Shown: piece by piece, positions 60,146 to 64,000 of the stretch
Layout of the letters: each line of letters starts with the position of its first letter
Numbering within the stretch: the stretch's first letter is position 1
NCBI GenBank assembly: GCA_964504365.1
Contig: CAZDDW010000001.1
Coordinates: 132,293 to 196,292 of the forward strand
DNA: 64,000 nt
Direction of reading: 5' to 3'
Origin: an uncultured Gammaproteobacteria bacterium
Lineage (GTDB): Bacteria > Patescibacteriota > Patescibacteriia > UBA9934 > CAZDDW01
The notes under the pieces: generated by a model
What the model saw: only the letters and a program-made list of their open reading frames with translations
Databases searched by the model: none
What the model was told of the DNA's origin: nothing
Position numbers and translations under genes: made by a program

Positions 60146-60604
60146 ATGCCTAGCACAGAACAGAAATTTTACATATTCGGAGCGCGTTGGCTGATTTTTG
60201 TTTTGCTGGCAGCGGCAGTGACTGTTACACCAGAGATGTGGTTTTTTATTGCAGTGGCCGCATTAGGTACCTGGGGAATTACAGCAGTGATTCAACACTT
60301 TATAAATCGTCCACGCCCGTTCACTAAAAACCACCGTAAACCTTTGATTGATCTTTGGATTAAATCAAAGTCTTTTCCATCAGCCCATTCCTCAATTGCT
60401 TTTTCTATTGCAACCATGGTTTGGTTGGCTGAACCTGTTTGGGGAAGTATTTTCTTGATCGTTGCTGCGCTGGTTGGTTGGTCGCGAGTCAAAGTTGGCG
60501 TGCACTATATTTCTGATGTTATAGTTGGGGCCATTCTGGGGGCAGGTATTGCCTTATTGGTCCAACCTGTGTTACTAGTAATTCTGGGAGTGATACTTTT
60601 TTAA
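60146..60604 (+). CDS. PAP2-family phosphatase
   Basis: RPRP, SFPSAH, SRV..GVHY.SD. Confidence 0.9.
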   Translation: MPSTEQKFYIFGARWLIFVLLAAAVTVTPEMWFFIAVAALGTWGITAVIQHFINRPRPFTKNHRKPLIDLWIKSKSFPSAHSSIAFSIATMVWLAEPVWGSIFLIVAALVGWSRVKVGVHYISDVIVGAILGAGIALLVQPVLLVILGVILF

Positions 60605-60607
60605 GCT

Positions 60608-61696
60608 ATGAAAGCAGTTATTTTAGCCGGTGGTGGGGGAACTAGGCTTTGGCCAATGAGTCGTAAAGACAAGCCAAAGCAATTTTTTAATTTGATTTCT
60701 GATGATCCTTTGATTCGCGATACTTATCGACGGTTGTTGCGCATCTTCGCGGTTGAGGATATTTACTTTGCTGTTTCACCACAGATCGTTCCTCTGATTA
60801 AAGAAGCTTTTCCTGAGGTTGAAGACGATCATATTATTGTTGAGCCAGCTAAGCGTGATACTGGTCCGGCCATGGGTTATGCCGCGGCCATCTTGGAACT
60901 ATCTTGTCCGGACGAGTCAATCATGTTCTTTCCATCTGATCATTGGATCAATGATAAGGATCAGGAAACGTATCTGCGCTGTTTCAAAGTAGCTGATCGT
61001 TTGATTCAGGAAACTGGTAAGTTGCTTGACATTGCTATTGCTCCATCGTTTCCGAGTACGGTTCTTGGATATACTCGAGTTGGTGATCAGCATGAAACGA
61101 TCGATGGAATTGAGGTGTACAAGTTTCGTGGCCATACTGAGAAACCGGATTTTGAAACTGCGAAAGGTTTTCTTGAGGAAGGGAGTTATCTTTGGCACGC
61201 TAACTACTACATGTGGACACCACGTAAGTTTGTGGCTGCGTTGGAAAAGCATGCACCGCTGATTGGCCAGGCCTTGCGTCAGATACAAAAGAAGTTGAAA
61301 GCAGGGGATCGCGCGGGGATTGATCAGATTTTTGCTGATGTACCTTCGATCTCAATTGATTATGCCATGACTGAGAAGTTAGACAATGAAGACATGTTGA
61401 TTATAAAGGGTGACTTTGGTTGGTCTGACATCGGGGCTTGGGACACGTTGCATGATCAACGAGTTGATACCGATGATGTTTCAAAGAACGTGACCAAGGG
61501 TCAGGTCATCGCAGTTGATTCAAATGATAATTTATTTTATGCTTCGCATGAGCGCGTGATCGCGGCTGCTGGTGTGTCGAACCTGGTTGTTGTTGATACT
61601 GGCGACGTGGTGCTGGTCTGCGACAAGAATCAGGCTCAACGCGTGAAAGAACTGATTACAGAAATTAAAACACAAGGTTTAGAACATCTTTTATGA
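60608..61696 (+). CDS. manC: Mannose-1-phosphate guanylyltransferase
   Basis: LAGGGGTRLWPMSR..PKQF, EP..RDT, PSDH, SIDYA, WSDIG.W. Confidence 0.9.
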   Translation: MKAVILAGGGGTRLWPMSRKDKPKQFFNLISDDPLIRDTYRRLLRIFAVEDIYFAVSPQIVPLIKEAFPEVEDDHIIVEPAKRDTGPAMGYAAAILELSCPDESIMFFPSDHWINDKDQETYLRCFKVADRLIQETGKLLDIAIAPSFPSTVLGYTRVGDQHETIDGIEVYKFRGHTEKPDFETAKGFLEEGSYLWHANYYMWTPRKFVAALEKHAPLIGQALRQIQKKLKAGDRAGIDQIFADVPSISIDYAMTEKLDNEDMLIIKGDFGWSDIGAWDTLHDQRVDTDDVSKNVTKGQVIAVDSNDNLFYASHERVIAAAGVSNLVVVDTGDVVLVCDKNQAQRVKELITEIKTQGLEHLL

Positions 61697-62664
61697 AACA
61701 CAAGTCACGGATATTAGCCACACTTATCACCATATTCTTACTCCTTTTTGCTTTGACTGTTTGGGAACTGTTTTTGCGTCAGCCGGATCAGGAGACTGGT
61801 GTGGTTGAGGTAACGATTGAAAGCGGTTCGACTTTAGGTGAGGTGGCTGATTTGTTAAAAGATAAAAAAGTAATCGCTAGCACTTGGTTATTTGAGTGGT
61901 ATGCGCGAATTCGTGGAGTTGATCGTGATGTGGTTGCTGGTACGTTTTTCTTAAATCCAGAGCAGAGTATTCTTGATGCCATCCGTGCCGTGACTGAACC
62001 GCAATTGGCTGACGAGCGTCAGGTAACAATTCTGGAGGGCTGGAGCCTGCGTGAGATTGGGTCCTATTTAGTTGAGCAGGGTGTGATTGATAATGAAGAT
62101 GAACTTTACACGATTACTGGAAGCCCAGTACAGGCAAATAGTTACGAAGGGTATTTGTTTCCAAATACTTATCGTGTCTTTGCGGATGCAACTGCACAAG
62201 ACGTGGTCGATAAGATGCTGGCTAACTTTGAAGAGCAGGTAACTGATCAAATGCGAGCTGATATTACAGCTCAAGGAAAGACATTGGATCAGGTGATTAT
62301 TATGGCTTCGATTTTGGAGCGTGAGGCGCGTGGGGAAGAGGACATGGGCTTGGTTGCGGATATCTTTTGGCGACGTTGGGAAATCAATTGGGCTTTGCAA
62401 TCCTGTGCTTCTGTAAACTATATTACTGGCAAGAACGATCCAGCGATTACGTACGACGATCAGCAGATCGACTCGCTGTACAACACTTACAAATATCCAG
62501 GCTTGCCACCAGGCCCGATTTCCAATCCTGGCCTGCAAGCGATCGAAGCTGCGATATATCCAACAGCGAACGACTACTGGTACTTCCTGAATGACGAAGA
62601 AGGTACAACCCACTTCGCAACCACGAACGAAGAACACGCTGCGAACAAAACAGAACATCTATAA
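61693..62664 (+). CDS. mltG: Endolytic transglycosylase MltG
   Basis: EGYLFPNTY, ASILERE, YNTY...GLPPGPISNPG. Confidence 0.93.
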   Translation: MKHKSRILATLITIFLLLFALTVWELFLRQPDQETGVVEVTIESGSTLGEVADLLKDKKVIASTWLFEWYARIRGVDRDVVAGTFFLNPEQSILDAIRAVTEPQLADERQVTILEGWSLREIGSYLVEQGVIDNEDELYTITGSPVQANSYEGYLFPNTYRVFADATAQDVVDKMLANFEEQVTDQMRADITAQGKTLDQVIIMASILEREARGEEDMGLVADIFWRRWEINWALQSCASVNYITGKNDPAITYDDQQIDSLYNTYKYPGLPPGPISNPGLQAIEAAIYPTANDYWYFLNDEEGTTHFATTNEEHAANKTEHL

Positions 62665-62741
62665 CGAAAAGACAGGGGCTTGACCCTGTTTTTTAATTGC
62701 TGTAAGCTAATCAACCACAGCACATTCCAACGGAGGGAATT

Positions 62742-63899
62742 GTGAGAACATATCGAATCGAAGAGCAGACGCTGTTGACCAAGTATGGTGAGCACACGGC
62801 CAAGTATCAGGTCGTGTTGAACAATACGATTTACATCCTGGCCGAAGACTGGTTAGACATCGCCCGTGGCGCAGTGTTCATCTGGAACAAGCGCATGGGG
62901 ATTTACCAGATTTGGCGCGGTGGTTTGTTCGACGCAATTCGAGCCACCAAGCACGTGCAGGCTGGTTACGGTCTGGCTGATGGGCAGCATGACGAGTTCG
63001 GTGAGATCAATCAGCTCACCCTGGCTCGGGTTACTTTGGGTATGCTCCTGCGGCAGATTTGGGACTACGGCAATCTGACTGACCGGCAACGTGCCGAGTA
63101 CGCTGAGGATTGCATTGCTCTGGCTGAGGAGCTGGGGTTGGTTCGTGATGAAGACAAGGCCAAGGCCCGGGACCGTATTGCATTGGCCATCAGTGTGATC
63201 GATTCACTCGGTCGCTACAATCCGCCTTCCCGCGCACCCATGCTTTGGTCTTCGGCTGATCTGCTCAAGTATCGGCAGGAAACGATTCGTTTCATTGCCA
63301 AGTGGGTTGATGTTCGTCAGTTCGCCTTGTTGACCATGCTTGATGAGATTTACGAGACCGTGAATTTCGCCTATCACCAGATCGACAAACTGACTCTGCA
63401 AGATGAACAAGGGCGAGGCGGCAGGCATCAGATCATACAAATCGAAGATCTTGTCGAGCGACTTCAGGTGCCAATAGTTCTACCTTTCCGACATGGCTTT
63501 GCTCGTACGGCCACAGACCTAGATTCGGTGCGTGTATTGCTATCCAGAGAGCAGTTGAGTCCAGCTGAGAACCGGCAGATTGGCCGTCTTTACGACCGAT
63601 CACAGCGGGCCATGGCTTTGTACATGATCCGTCGTGACCTGGAGCCGATCATCTGGGGGTTGACTTCGGAGCTAGCCAGGCGTAAAGCCAATCGGCGTCC
63701 GAAAGTGCTCGACCAGGCCATGCGCGAGCTGGCCGCCTTCACCGACTACATTAGCTCTATTCAGAGCTTTGATCTGGCTTTCCGTAATCCAGTGCTGCCA
63801 CGTATGTACCGCCATCTCAGGGCTGTTACGCACAGCTATACACACGATGACTGGTCTGGTGTGCGCAAACACCTGCGCCGCGCTACAGTCATGTTCTGA
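62742..63899 (+). CDS. Orphan helical hypothetical protein
   Basis: Promoter TTGACC...TAAGCT near 62680, SD GGAGGG, GTG start, terminator GCGTCC/GGACGC plus T run. Confidence 0.7.
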   Translation: MRTYRIEEQTLLTKYGEHTAKYQVVLNNTIYILAEDWLDIARGAVFIWNKRMGIYQIWRGGLFDAIRATKHVQAGYGLADGQHDEFGEINQLTLARVTLGMLLRQIWDYGNLTDRQRAEYAEDCIALAEELGLVRDEDKAKARDRIALAISVIDSLGRYNPPSRAPMLWSSADLLKYRQETIRFIAKWVDVRQFALLTMLDEIYETVNFAYHQIDKLTLQDEQGRGGRHQIIQIEDLVERLQVPIVLPFRHGFARTATDLDSVRVLLSREQLSPAENRQIGRLYDRSQRAMALYMIRRDLEPIIWGLTSELARRKANRRPKVLDQAMRELAAFTDYISSIQSFDLAFRNPVLPRMYRHLRAVTHSYTHDDWSGVRKHLRRATVMF

Positions 63900-64000
63900 C
63901 TTCTACGCGTCCTGAAACGGACGCTTTTTTATTTAAGAAAAGAACCCACCGAGTGTTGGTGGGTTAGCGGTTGCGACGGGCAGCGTCGAGTGGGGTGTGG

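Overview
Bacterial chromosomal window whose gene content and style suggest Patescibacteria/CPR (inference): AT-rich leaders without Shine-Dalgarno (SD) sites, short tsf, tandem-domain ThyX, NLPY-type PrmC, intragenic palindromes. The backbone is housekeeping: pheST, dnaE, thrS with a Thr T-box riboswitch, miaB/miaA, gatB, thymidylate genes, secE-nusG-rplK-rplA, gyrB, rodA, rplY, prmC-prfA-rpmE, queA, rpsB-tsf, gap-pgk-eno-gpmI, manC, mltG. About ten GC-rich orphan islets are interspersed, most with their own sigma70 promoter, strong SD and terminator. The standout is a 4.3-kb locus (about 39180-43510, minus strand) in which seven copies of a 40-bp imperfect palindrome (CCCATCACAGAACACGAT-N4-ATCATGTGCTCTGATGGG), each abutting a second variable hairpin, separate 308-861 bp cassettes. 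The cassettes hold single orphan genes (including an ECF-sigma-like protein and a frameshifted DIP1984-like gene) or ORF-less structured sequence. The array has an upstream promoter with a structured leader, a terminal terminator and a divergent putative ncRNA. No integrase, Cas or RT gene is present in the window, and the repeats match neither canonical attC nor CRISPR architecture. All product calls come from motif recognition by eye; no database search was run.
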